Below, piece after piece: positions 12,401 to 24,378 of a stretch of DNA of 64,000 nt (the stretch's first letter is position 1; each line of letters starts with the position of its first letter). This DNA comes from Lepidodermella squamata (lineage: Eukaryota; Animalia; Gastrotricha). Location: assembly GCA_047495785.1 (NCBI GenBank), contig JBLDXI010000024.1:4588001-4652000 (forward strand), written 5' to 3'. The position numbers and the translations under genes were made by a program. The notes beneath the pieces are model-generated. The model was not told where the DNA came from. It did not search any database and saw only the letters and a list, made by a program, of their open reading frames with translations.

Positions 12401-15400
12401 GATGATTCGGCCGTTGAACCCGAAACCTTACGATTGCTTGGATATATTCACGAACGACAACAGTAGCCAGGATGGTTTGTACTGGATATACCCCATTGGA
12501 ATGAAGGCCCTTCGAGTCTACTGCTATTTCGGGGCACTTCCTTACATATCGAACACAACAGATTATCGTGGCATAACGGTATGCATTCACTTTTCGCAAC
12601 TTCGTTTGATTAATAGGAATTATTTATAGCTCTTTCAAAAGCGAACGACTGGAAATGTGAATTTTTCAAGGGGTTGGCAAGATTATAAATGGGGATTCGC
12701 AGCACAGCCGTTCACTGCTTCCAGCGATTATTGGCTTGGTACTTATTAATACGATCATCAATTATTAATGTAATATTGATTGATAGGTAACGAGTACCTC
12801 TACCAACTAACTCGGAGGCAGTGTACCGAACTTTTCATCATCGCAACTGATCCTGGAACCGGCGGTACTAATGTAGCCCACTGGAACTATTTCTCTATAG
12901 GATCCGAGAATGATGGCTATAGATTGTACGTCGATCCAGGAAATTTTGATACTGCTTCAAATACAGGTAAATTTGGCTTTGTTTCTTGAACTAAGTATAG
13001 TTGTTACGGAATCTTGAAATTCTACAGCCAATTCATTGGACATCCACTGCTATCAGTCATTTTCTACGTTCGACAATGGTACTGCATCCAACTGTTTTGG
13101 CCCAGGTTCAACAAAAATTGAAGGTGGCTGGTGGGTTCAGGCTTCGTGCACTTATAAAGCAAATCTCAACAACGTATGGGGATCGAATTCATCGCCGAAA
13201 GCTGTAGGCTTTCTGGGATGGCAGCCTCTCAACTTGTCCATGTCAACGACCATGATGGGTGTACGGCGTAGATGTAAGATTTGACTGACTTCATGCCAAC
13301 GTAGTTGAATGTCGTTATCCCAGTGAACTCTCCGTGTAAGCTTCCGTCAGGATTTGGTTTGATTGGGGTGCAGAACCCAATTCCTCCTGCTGACGTTGTG
13401 GCTTACACTCGAGATATAGGCAATCGCTGGATATCTGGTGATCATATGAGAATTCGGTTGGCCAACTATGGCAACTGGTATTCAAACGAAGATCCGGTAT
13501 TCAAACGTGAGCATAAAAAAGCAACTGAGAATTTTAATTCGGCTAAAAATTTGAAACAGCATGGGATCCACCATTAGATTGCTCCTATTATCAAAGCCAG
13601 CAACCGGCATATCTCAAATTCGTATCTGGAATATATACCAACTTTTCTGCGGGTGATTTCTCCGGGACGGTTTTTTGCGACCAAGAAACATGGGGTATGA
13701 AGCTGAATTGCCACTTGTTTGCTCCAAAATGATTATCTCATTTTGTTACAGGTGGAGGTTGGGTTGTAATCCAACGCCGCATTGATAATACTGTTTCGTT
13801 CAATCGAACAATGGACGAGTACATCAATGGTTTCGGCTCCTTAACGGGGAACTACTGGATGGGCCTTGAAGCCATGCGGAAGATAACGGCTTCAACCTAT
13901 CATGAAGTTCTCTTCGAAATGAATGGTCCTGAGGGTTACGCATATGTTTCAGCTTCCCTGTTTTATCAGTGGGTATCAGGATATGGCTACAGCATGGCTG
14001 GATATCAGGCGTGCTCAACCGGGGGAAACTTAGTCATTTCTGCAAATGGCAGACCATTTCAAGTTGACCCGTGTGGTACCGGGGGTTGGTGGTTCCAACA
14101 GGCGTGCAATGCCTCTGCTGTCTACTCGAACCTTAATGCCCCATATAACGGGGTAGGAACTGGAGGAATCTACGCGTCGACGTACAGCGCGTCTCTGTTA
14201 AATCTGCAGTGGACCGAGATCAAAATTCGAAGATCAGCGCCAGTCCGCGGGCGCTATGTTCGTGCGAAATCCTTCAGGTGTGCCTTTGGTTCGAGTACAG
14301 TCACGACCGTCGCGTCCGCAAATGATTGCCTCAATTTGTGTACGGCTTCGACGACTTGCGTCAGTGCTGTTTTGAACGGTCAAAGTTGCGATCAACGCAC
14401 CGTCTATTGCAACCCGGGCATGGGCTCGGCAGACCCCATGTACGACACTTACTTCAGAATGGAGAAATGCACCCAATTCAGTTCATGCGGCCCGCCACCG
14501 GCAATGGGTTGGACGAATCTTGAAATTGTTGGAATGCCAACTGTCATGTCAGTCAATTACACCTGCTTACCGGGCTACACGAATGCTCTGGCTACTGGAG
14601 ATTGGACTATTTTGACATGTAATACCACAACGAAGAAGTGGATCGGCGATTGGTTGCAATGTCGCACGTTATGCGGGATTTACCCGGATTACAGTGATAC
14701 AAACGCAACTAGGCTTCCGACTGTTGATTTAAATGCAGGGGTTTACAAAATTTACTACCAATGCCCGCCGGGATTTTCGGTTATTTCCGGGAGTTTGACC
14801 CAGACATGCGCGCCGCCCTATGGGGCTTGGCAGGGAGGTGTTCCAGTTTGCCAAAATGCAAGTTGCTCACAGCCACAAACATTTGCTGGCACGACCAACA
14901 ACTTCACGACCCCTGTCTCAATTCCGCCGAATGAACGAATCATTGGAGATGCTGTCTGGCGTTACGATTGCGCGGCTGGTTATGTATTCAACGTCACAAA
15001 TTTGCCCAGCGCAACAATTAGGTGCAACATAACGACCAGGAACTGGTCTGGCACAGTTGGAACCTGCGTCGCAGATTGTTCAAGCCTTGGGGGTTGCCTT
15101 AATGGTGGCAGCTGTTCTCTCCCGAATCAATGCACCTGCGCTTTGGGCTGGATGGGAGCGAACTGCAGTGATCGTAAGCAAAAATAGTTAATGTCGTTTT
15201 CAGGAATAATTATAGATTCTGGAAAAAGTGATTAACTCCGCCCCTCTAAATATTTCTTTAATTATTCACTCGTGTTTCTAGCTGACTGTCGATCTCTTTC
15301 GAACTGTACTGGGCACGGTACTTGTATATCGTATAACAACTGTTCATGCACGATCGGTTGGCACGATGCCAATTGTTCTAGACGTAAGTTTTATTTAAAG

Positions 15401-18400
15401 TCCATTTAGGCTAAGGCCTAGTTCTTTTACAATACTAGCAAATTGTGCTCCGATTGGCCAATGTCTTAACGGAGGGACATGCGTAGCCCCGAATCAATGC
15501 ACTTGCGCAGCTGGTTGGTCTGGAACAAATTGTTCGATAGGTCGGTTTAGAAAGCTAATTTTTTGTCTTCTATTAACTGTGCGACTTCGAATTTTTAGCT
15601 GATTGCTCATCGGTTGCCAACTGCTCTGGGCACGGGTCGTGTGTAAATGTCAGCACATGCTCATGTACCTCAGGCTGGACTGGTCCTGGTTGCTCCATTC
15701 GTGAGTCTTCATCGTGAGCTAACGTTGCGATTGATACAATTTTTGTTCTCAAGCTGATTGCACCTCGCTCGGAGGGTGTCAAAATGGCGGGACGTGCGTT
15801 TCAGCAAACCAATGTTCATGTGCTGGATCCTGGTCGGGAGTCAACTGCGCGAATGGTAAGATACTGTGCTATGAATGGATTCTGTATGATCTTTCGCATT
15901 GATAGCAACTTGCTTTGCCGTTGCAAACTGTTCTGGTCACGGTTCCTGCATTGCATCGAATGTTTGTAGCTGCAATGCTGGCTGGTCTGGTCCGAGTTGT
16001 TCTAGCCCAGATTGCTCTGCTATCGGCGGGTGCCTCAATGGAGCAACTTGCTCCGCTCCGAATACCTGCACTTGTATGGCAGCCTGGACTGGAAACAATT
16101 GTGGAGCTGGTATGCCATATGAAAATTCCCTTTTTACTTCATCAGGATTCTATAGCTTTCGAGGATCCTGGTTGAACTTCTTAGAAACTTAGGTGCTCTA
16201 CGTTTGTATTCAATTTTTAGCAATTACGACAACAACCCCTCCTTCTACAGCAGTTACAACGACCGTTGCAACAGCTGCTTCGTCAACGACTGCCCAAACG
16301 ACTTCGACTGCTTTTACAACGTCAACCCAATCAGCGACTTCAGCAGCATCAACCACTGTCCAATCGACGTCCACAGGAAAATCGTCTTCTTCTTCGATTG
16401 TTCCAACTACTGTCCAATCTACAACTAAGCCGTCAACTACAACCCAGCAGGTTACAACAGTGAAGCCAAGTGAATCCATTGCTGAGCTAGCAGTGGTTTC
16501 TAAACTCCCCGATCAAGCTCTCGTTAGCAATGTATCAGCTTTAAATTCCCAGGTGTTACAAGGTGCGAGTGCGATAACGGAGAATTCCAGCCCGATAAAC
16601 GTTGTGGCTGATTCTGTAAGTCACTGTAAGTTTAACGATCCCCAAGATCAAACCCTTTTTTGGTTCCAGCAAGCATTTCTATCGCTGTCATCTGAGCTGA
16701 TAACCAGATATCAAAAAATGGCTGCGAACCTATCAGTTGAAACTATTCTTACTGTCTCTCAGGGTAATTGGCCATTTCTTTTGATATTCACTTGTAAAAT
16801 TTTCTATATTAGCTTATACTGAATCTGTGAGCTCCGTTCTAACGACGGTCGTTGAAAATAACCTATTACCTGACCCCGAATCTCCAGCAATAATCCTACC
16901 AACAACAGCTGTGAAATGCAAGGCTGATTCTTTCGACACAGAACAACATGTGACTACGCCTCCTAAAGTTGAAATGTCCTCGTCACAAACTGAGAAACTG
17001 CTGAGTGACTTCAGAAATATGTTAGAAGGCATGGCATCTATGGTGAAAGGAGCCTTATCTGCTGGGAAAGACTACAGCTTCAATGGGACCTTCTTCTCAG
17101 TCGTTATCAGCAACGCGTTGGCTGGAAATCTGCCTGGAATGAAGTTGTACACGAATCTCGCAACTGCCCGAATTCCCTTCGTCAGTAGTTTGTCGATTCT
17201 CTTGGACAATCCACCTAAAGGTCTGACAGAGACGAGCAAAATCTCCGTGGTTCTGACGGCCTATGTTTCCAACATCTTCGATCTGACCAAACCATTCAAC
17301 ATGCCAACCATTTCAATGAAAGTCTATTTCGGCTCAACAAGCCTTGTTTTGAACAAAAACTACCCAGTCCAGCTCACTGGTTATCCACTGGTCAGCAAAG
17401 CTAGACAATTATCAACTGATAAAGTCGAGTCGCAATGTGACGTGAGTAAAGTGAAATGCGACGTATCAAGTAACGCGGACAAGCTAGGCTCGTTGGCTAC
17501 ATTTCCTGTGTCAGCAGATGCAGGGGACTTCATTCTGATATTTCCGGCTATCAAATTCGACTACTCTGTTTACATTTCTCTCAATGCGACTCCGTCAGCT
17601 GGATCTTTTACTTGGTCTATCAATGTGACTGACAGTAATGTGGCTGCAAGCGTACACTCAACTCATGGCGCTTTGAGAATGAACTTCGATGTAAAAACAG
17701 AACTCAGAGTCGTAATTCCAAGTGCTGCGCTGTATTCATACATCAAGTTGAAGGCTTCGGCTGGTGCTATCATTCAAAATAACTCATTCACGCTTAGCGC
17801 CTTTGCGAAGAAGAACTTGACCCGATTTTCGCCCTTGGACGATCTACCAGCGTCCGTGTGTGAAATGCAAAAGTGTTACGGTTACCACTTGCGTATTGGA
17901 TTCGCCTCGGAAGATCAAGTCATCGGATCCAGAAGACGGCGTGATGTGAGCTCCAATTCATCTTCAGACGATTTCGAACTGGATTCAGACTCCACCGAAT
18001 CAAGAGTTTCCTTCAAATCTTCTTACTTTGGCGATTTCGGAGCTGATTTGTTGATTTCGCCAAATACGATTCAGTTCTCGGAAATCTTCTCCAACTTCTC
18101 GTCTCTTCTAGCCGATAATGCTTTTGTCTTCGCTTTTATGATCGTTTGCGTTGTTGGCTTCCTAGCCGCTGTTGGGCTAACTGTTATGTCGGATCGGGCA
18201 GATCTAAAAGATTGGGCCTTCATGCCACTATTGAGTAACAAACCGCATCACCAATACACATACTTGATTTCAGTCGACTACTACAAGGTGAAGAGGTACG
18301 AGCTGCAGCCTCAAGTCTTCATTCGACTTATCGGAGAAGGCTGTGAGACGTCTTTTCGGCAGCTACACGATGGCATGCGCAAAAACTTTGCCGGCAAGGT

Positions 18401-21400
18401 TCCAGGCAATTTTGCACTCACAACTGCCTTCCCAATTGAGTACATTGACGCCGTTGAACTCGAAATCGTGAGCAATCCCTGGCCAGCCGGTAGCCGCCCT
18501 TTCCAAATTTACATGGACAAAGTTGTTATCGTGGATGCTGCGACTGGTAAAAAGTACATATTCCCTGTTCGTTCGACTATGGAATCTGGTGATCGTCGAA
18601 AGACTGATCTCGCGACTGAGGATGATATAAAAGGGTTCAGGTACTTGGTTAGCGGTCACTCAAGGACGGGAATAACTGACAACCATCCGTGGTTATCGAT
18701 CATCAAGCGGCCTCTGCCTAGTAACTGGACTCGAGCTGAGAGGCTCTCCTGCGTTGTCTCAGCTTTATTCATGGCTATGCTGGTGAATTGCCTGTTTTAC
18801 GGCCAAGAGGGCTCTTCTCCTAGGATTGGGATTAACATCGGTGGCTTCTTTCGGATTTCATGGTTCACCTTCTACACAAGTCTAGCTAGTTGTATCATCA
18901 TTATTCCTCCAACGACGATTATCGCTTTGATCTTCAAACAAGTAAAACGTCGCTCAGCTGAGAAAAGTAACTGGATAACCATTTTCAATGCCGCAGTGAA
19001 AGATTGCGATGAAGATGCGGATTCAGACGGTAACACGGAGAATTCGAACAAGAAAAAGAAAAAACCATTCCAATTGCCATTCTGGGCTGTGGGAATTGCT
19101 TGGTTTCGTGAGTTACTTATGAGAATTAATACGAGCTTATTTATGTTTTCTTTCTATTTTAGTGGTGGCCGCTTCAGTTGGAACCTCTGCATTCCTCGTT
19201 ATTATGTACAGCCTCCAGTGGGGCCGTGAGAAGTCCTTGCAATGGCTTTCAAGCATGGGAATGCACATAATTCAAGACGTTATTGTCGTTCAATCAATCA
19301 AAGTTGTACTGGTGTCAGTCTTCACGTCATCTCTTCTGAAACTGCCCGACGATGGAATGGCAATGGGCAAGCTCGTCTATTCCCGATGTAAAAACATTTC
19401 CAGTTGTTATCATCAATGCCTGAGTTTCTAATTTTAGATAACAAATCTGAGAAAACGATAGTTTTCAAGCGGATGAGAAATACGATAGCAGGAATAGCCC
19501 ACCACATTGCTTACGTCATAGTTTTCGCATTGGTGATCGCGACTACTCAGAACACGTACCGATTCCAAATTGTGAAGGACATTCGCCCGTTGATTTCATT
19601 CGATGGCGTGGATCAAGTCCTCGAACCGATAACGGACCACGGAAAGATTTTGGACTGGCTTGGGAATAAAGTTCTACCAAACTTCCTGAACGGGAATCAG
19701 CTGAATTACGGCGGAGTCTTCAATCTGAAAAACATTTACGTCGTGCCAAATCATGACGTAGTAATTGTCGGACCGATAAGGATCAGGCAGCAACGAGTTG
19801 CAGCCAGCCCTTGTGCGATTTCAAAAGCGGTGGTCCCATCGTACGTAGCCCGGTATCTGAAACATTTGGCTCCAGCAGACTCTGCTTGTCAGGGTCCGTA
19901 TTCAAACGAAGCAGGGTTAGGATCTTCATCAGAAAATCGAGACTTCCATTACGGCTGGGGCACTCTCAATAACACATTTTTAGACAAATCAAATGTTTCA
20001 TCTGACGACGCTCCTTGGTTGTATCGGGAAGATTCAAACGGGTTTCCTTATTCCGGCTGGTCAGCTATTTACAAAACAGGGGGTTACTACGTGGACTTGC
20101 CATCAAAAATGTGGAAAGCTCAGCTATTAGTTGCAAATCTGAAAGCTGGGAGATGGCTTGATAACTCGACTTCCGTCCTCTTCGTCGATTTCGTCTTGTA
20201 CAACTCACAAATCAATTTGTTTTTGGCTGTGAAAGTCGTATTCGAGGCCCTATCAGCCGGTGGAATGAGCTACCACACAAGGGTTTACCCGTTACAACTT
20301 TATCAATACTCTGGGGCTAGCAGCATCCTGATCTTCATAATTCAAGGCATTTGGATAATACTGCTGATATCCGAAACCATCAAAGCTGCGTATTCGATGA
20401 AGAAAGCTGGGCCGAAGCAGCATTTGAAGGATGGCTGGAACCTATTGGAACTTGTCTCGATTGTCATAGCTTACGGCATTGTCGGTCTATTCGCTGCAAG
20501 GATCTACAACATTATTAAAGTGATCGCAAGAATGCAAACGAATAGATCGTCCTATACTAATCTCGACATGCTGGTTAATTGGGACGAAATAATGGCTAAT
20601 CTCTACGGGTTGACCTTCTTCATGACCATGATGCTGTTCTTCCGAAATCTGAAGTTCAACAAATACTGGTGCATGTTTTTGGCTACTTTATCGAAGGGGA
20701 GAAACGACCTGGTTACTTTCATCGTTGTGTTCACGATCATCACAATGATGTTCTCTGGCCTGGGATATTTGACTCTTGGAGCAACTCAAAGCGAGGTTAG
20801 ATCGATAACAGCTTCAATAATGACTTTGCTTCAAAATGTGATTGGGGTAACTGGAAGCTTAATCTCCCTCGGCGCTCAGTCTCGATTCATCATGATCTAC
20901 TGCATCGCTTACTCATCGATTGTCATGTTTTTGGCTGTTCAGATTTTCATGACCATCATAACAGTGACATATGATCGCATCTCCGATGACGTTGAGAATA
21001 ACACTGATTGGGACAAAGAGGTGTCAGAATACATGTCCGAAGAATGGAGAAAGATGATAACCAGGAAGCAGGCTAAGAAGGTTGAGGAAATTAATCAGCC
21101 GGTCAATGATAGCTCCTTCCCTGAACGTAAGTATGACATCCATTTCTCGAATCCATTTTAATCATCTCGATATTTGCAGTTGAGCAATCCCTGAAACGGT
21201 TGTCGCAGCACGTTGAAGCCGCTTCGAATAACGTTCCTCTCATCGAGGAGGATAAACGAGTTGTATGCAACATTCGTTGGGCTGAGCAGTATCTTAGTCT
21301 AACGCGTGCTAAAACTGCAAATTGCGACGACAGACGAGCTTCGGCAATATCAACTTTGGCTTCAGCTGATGGGGGCGCCAGGCGTCCGAAAAAGCTACCT

Positions 21401-21499
21401 ACAATTTTCCCGCAAAAACAACCGGGAGGCGGCGCCTATTACGATTTTCTTAGACGATTTAGCGCGCATGACGTTTCAAAAACAGTCAGCTACAACTAA
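9495..21499 (+). CDS. Polycystin-1-like receptor/channel, copy B (multi-exon, roughly 3,400 aa): SP-5xEGF-F5/8C-4xFReD-PAN-3xSushi-7xEGF-S/T stalk-GAIN-like-TM1-PLAT-TMs-polycystin channel
   Basis: ATG 9495 with signal peptide MRLLLLGFSVIFLINLRAAKG. The short GT-AG introns I traced link the ORFs in compatible phases. FReD motifs (GGGWTVFQRR, FWLGLD, FSTKDRDND, GGWWY). PKD1 hallmarks HPWLSIIKRP..SNWTRAERLSC, GPIRIRQQRV, YKTGGYYVDL, WLDNST..FVDFVLYN. Confidence 0.88.
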
Positions 21500-21910
21500 A
21501 TTTAGCTCCATCGAATGTTGCGTCATAGACGAAATTTGAACACATGCAATGTTATCAATGAATGATTGAAACGGCTATAAAATAAACTAATGGATGCATT
21601 GAAAGAAATGGGGAAATGTTGGGTTTGCATCAGGGAAATATTTGGGGTAGCGATTTCCAATTATTTTTGCCTTTCAGGAAACTTATGGCAGGATTGTGCT
21701 CGGCAAATCCTCAGCCTTCTGCGGTTCGCAACTTTTCTGGCCAGAAAAGATATCTGTTTGAACTATTGCGTCTCAATAAGGATGGCGCGGTAGTTCGGTT
21801 TTGATGCTGGAAAAACTCGAACTCCAAGCGAAAACTCCAAGCTAATGAAATAATCATGAGGCATTTCTCGACGCCACACGCGTTTGTCGCGTTTGATTGT
21901 TCAGCGGAAT

Positions 21911-22314
21911 CTGCAACAAACACATGCTCTTGTAACATTGGGTGGGGCGGAGCTCAATGTGAGCAAGAAGCACCAACAAGTCTGTATCATCGGTTAAAGG
22001 CTTAATCCTACTAATCTTTCCATCCTCAGTTTGTACTAGCAGTGTTCGGTGCGCTAATGGCGGGACTTGCTCGGAAAAGAACTGTTATTATCCTGGTTCA
22101 TGGACAGGCCCAGCATGCGCAGACACTGGTTTGCTTCGAATCTTATTGGGTTTTACCTTTGAACCCATCTTCACGGCAAGACTACCCGGTGGCTTCGCCT
22201 GTTATGAGTTTCTCAGCCGGTTCAGTGAGCATAACTATACTAACTTTTCTGCCCCATTTAAAAGTCTGCTAATCAGACGAAAGACAAATTTGATTTGGTT
22301 AAAGTGTGGAAGCC
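21911..22314 (+). pseudogene. Chimeric relic: EGF exons 2-3 of a PKD1-like paralog fused at ~22158 to a copy of the last exon/3' UTR of copy A
   Basis: 21911-22157 matches exons 2-3 and adjacent introns of copies B-D, with C>Y damage (TGTTATTAT). 22159-22314 matches 1225-1412 with a small internal deletion. Confidence 0.88.
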
Positions 22315-23665
22315 ATCATCTCTGAACTAATGAAACAACTAGAACTGTTAGCAAATTCGAACCTATTACTAGCAGATCAAAAACTGACTATTTTGACTCA
22401 ATTCATCTGGCCAAAGCTTATTTATCCGTTTCAAACGGCGCCAATTAAAGCAGGAAAACATTTTTGGAATTCGTTGACGTCATTATGCGTAGCGTCGTTA
22501 AAGAATGCGTCGGTTTGCCTACAAGCACACCCACTAGCTTCTTCTATGCTGCTCGTAAACATCGTGGTGTTGGCCTTCCGAAAGCTACTTGGGAAGCTTA
22601 TCTTCAAATATATAATATTTGTAGAAAATTGTTGGTTAACGGCGAACCCCTGGTACTGGCCTGCAGAAACCTTGAGAAGGAAATGGAAGAATGTCTAGCG
22701 AAACTTGATGTTGACCTTAACAATGATGAGCTTGATCAGATTCTGGATGATGATTTGGAAAACAATGATCGATTCGACCCGGAGAAAAATCTTCCTCCGA
22801 ATGCTCAGATTATACGTAGCACTCTTCGACTGCGAGAATTTGAAACATGGTGCAGCTTGGATCAAAAGAGTTGCCCAGTTCAAATGCGTGCCCAAAACAA
22901 ACAATTGGGTTTTTCGGAGAAATGGGTTAAGCGTTGCTGAATGGACCTTGGCGATCAAAATGATTACAAACACGGCTCCGGTTAGAGGGGTACCAGGTGT
23001 CAGTCAGGACGGAAACCAGTGTCGTCGATGCGACGCTGAGATTGAATCTCTTGCTCACGTTCTTGGCGCCTGCTCCTACAACTCGTTGCTAATCACTTCG
23101 AGACATAACAAAATTCGCCAGAAAATAGCGAACGAATTGCGCGGCCAGGGATATAATGTCACTGAGGAAGGACATTGTGTAGCCAGCAACAGCTCTTCTC
23201 GACGCTTTGATATCCTAGCCCTCCGAAAAGGAAGCCGAACAGGAATAATTATTGATCCAACTATCAGATGCGAGTCTTCGCAAAAACAATTCGAATTGGT
23301 CGATGCGGAAAAACGCGCAATATACGAGCCATGTAGCAAGTTTATTTGCGAAGCATACAACCTAGATTCAATAGAAGTACACGGACTATGCATCGGTGCC
23401 CGCGGATCCCTGACAACGGAAGCCGTAAAACTTCTATGCGCGACTATGGAATCAACGCCGGCACAGCCATCGAAATCGCTTAAAGATAGTATTCGAAGTC
23501 TTCACCACCATCTAAATTCCAACCAACGATAAATAACCAATACTTATTATTAAGAAATATCACCGATAATGAAGTTAATTAATTCATATCTCTGTGTCTT
23601 AAAGGCAAGCAATGTTACTAGGAATTATGTAACGCAGACCACCAATAAATCGGTATCTCTCTCTC
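22315..23665 (+). mobile_element. 5'-truncated, frameshifted non-LTR retrotransposon with restriction-like endonuclease (R2 group, NeSL-like)
   Basis: RT C-terminal/thumb-like segment, CCHC knuckle CRRC..ESLAHVLGAC, RHN motif and RLE motifs (RRFDI, IIDPT, KRAIY) spread over three frames. AATAAA at 23644 then a (TC)5 tail. Absent from the paralogous empty site at ~1412-1419. Confidence 0.88.
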
Positions 23666-24378
23666 TAGGATGGCATTGATTGCAAGTAATTGACATATAA
23701 CAGGAGAACAGATTAACGGCTTGGGCAGCCCCGAACTCTTGATATTCATGATCTAAAATTGTGAATGCGTTTATTCATAGTTATTTCGAATGTCGATAAC
23801 ATGATAGTTTACTGCGACATATTAGGCCAGCAAAAGACTACCAGAGTTTTCTGACTGACGCATTAAAGAAGGCTTGCAATTATTCGAAGTTCTTAGCGGC
23901 CATTTGGTAAGCGAAATAATCGGGTTTTGGAATTTGAGGATGAAGTTTTATAGCTTTTTTAACGTTTCACGTTAGATAGTAGGTTCAAATATCTATCTTT
24001 GTCATTACATTGTGCTTGAGCTAAATAGTAGAATTTCTGGGCGCGCGCTGATTGGTCAATCGATCGTTGCTATGACTCCCGGATGAAACATGTTGGTTGT
24101 GCGATCCATGAAATTTTTTGCAACAAGTGTTTTTTGCCACAGTAAATTGCTACGATTATTATGGGGTTTACGCTCGTGGTCCATGGAAACCGTGCAGAGG
24201 GTGTGGCAAGGTCATTTTTGCATAAATAGAAAATAATTTATTAGTGGATTGCACGACTAAATTGTTTCATCCCGGAGTCATAGCAACAATAAATTGACCA
24301 ATCAGCGCGCGGGTCAAAGTGCTACTTACTACTTGAAACACAATGTTAAATTCTTCCTAACCATAATAACGCCGCATG
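23666..24378 (+). repeat. Duplicated copy of the copy-A 3' flank (1419-1774) with an internal inversion and a MITE insertion
   Basis: Near-identical blocks to 1419-1440 and 1620-1774. 23692-23868 is the reverse complement of 1442-1618. Confidence 0.92.
24008..24345. mobile_element. MITE (338 bp), imperfect ~100-bp TIRs, TTA target-site duplication (PIF/Harbinger-like TSD)
   Basis: Ends CATTGTG...CACAATG with internal arms GCGCGCTGATTGGTCAAT..GTTGCTATGACTCC / GGAGTCATAGCAAC..ATTGACCAATCAGCGCGC. TTA flanks at 24005-24007 and 24346-24348. Empty site GTCATTAAATG at 1738-1748. Confidence 0.85.

Noticed and set aside
10914-15187. Cluster of separate secreted ficolin or tenascin-like genes
   Set aside because: No individual signal peptides, and the ORF ends I checked coincide with GT-AG introns in compatible phase.
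19404-21161. Stand-alone PKD2/TRPP gene
   Set aside because: The exon splices in frame to upstream PLAT and TM exons (intron after TCCCGAT at ~19388), so it is the C-terminal part of an 11-TM PKD1-like protein.
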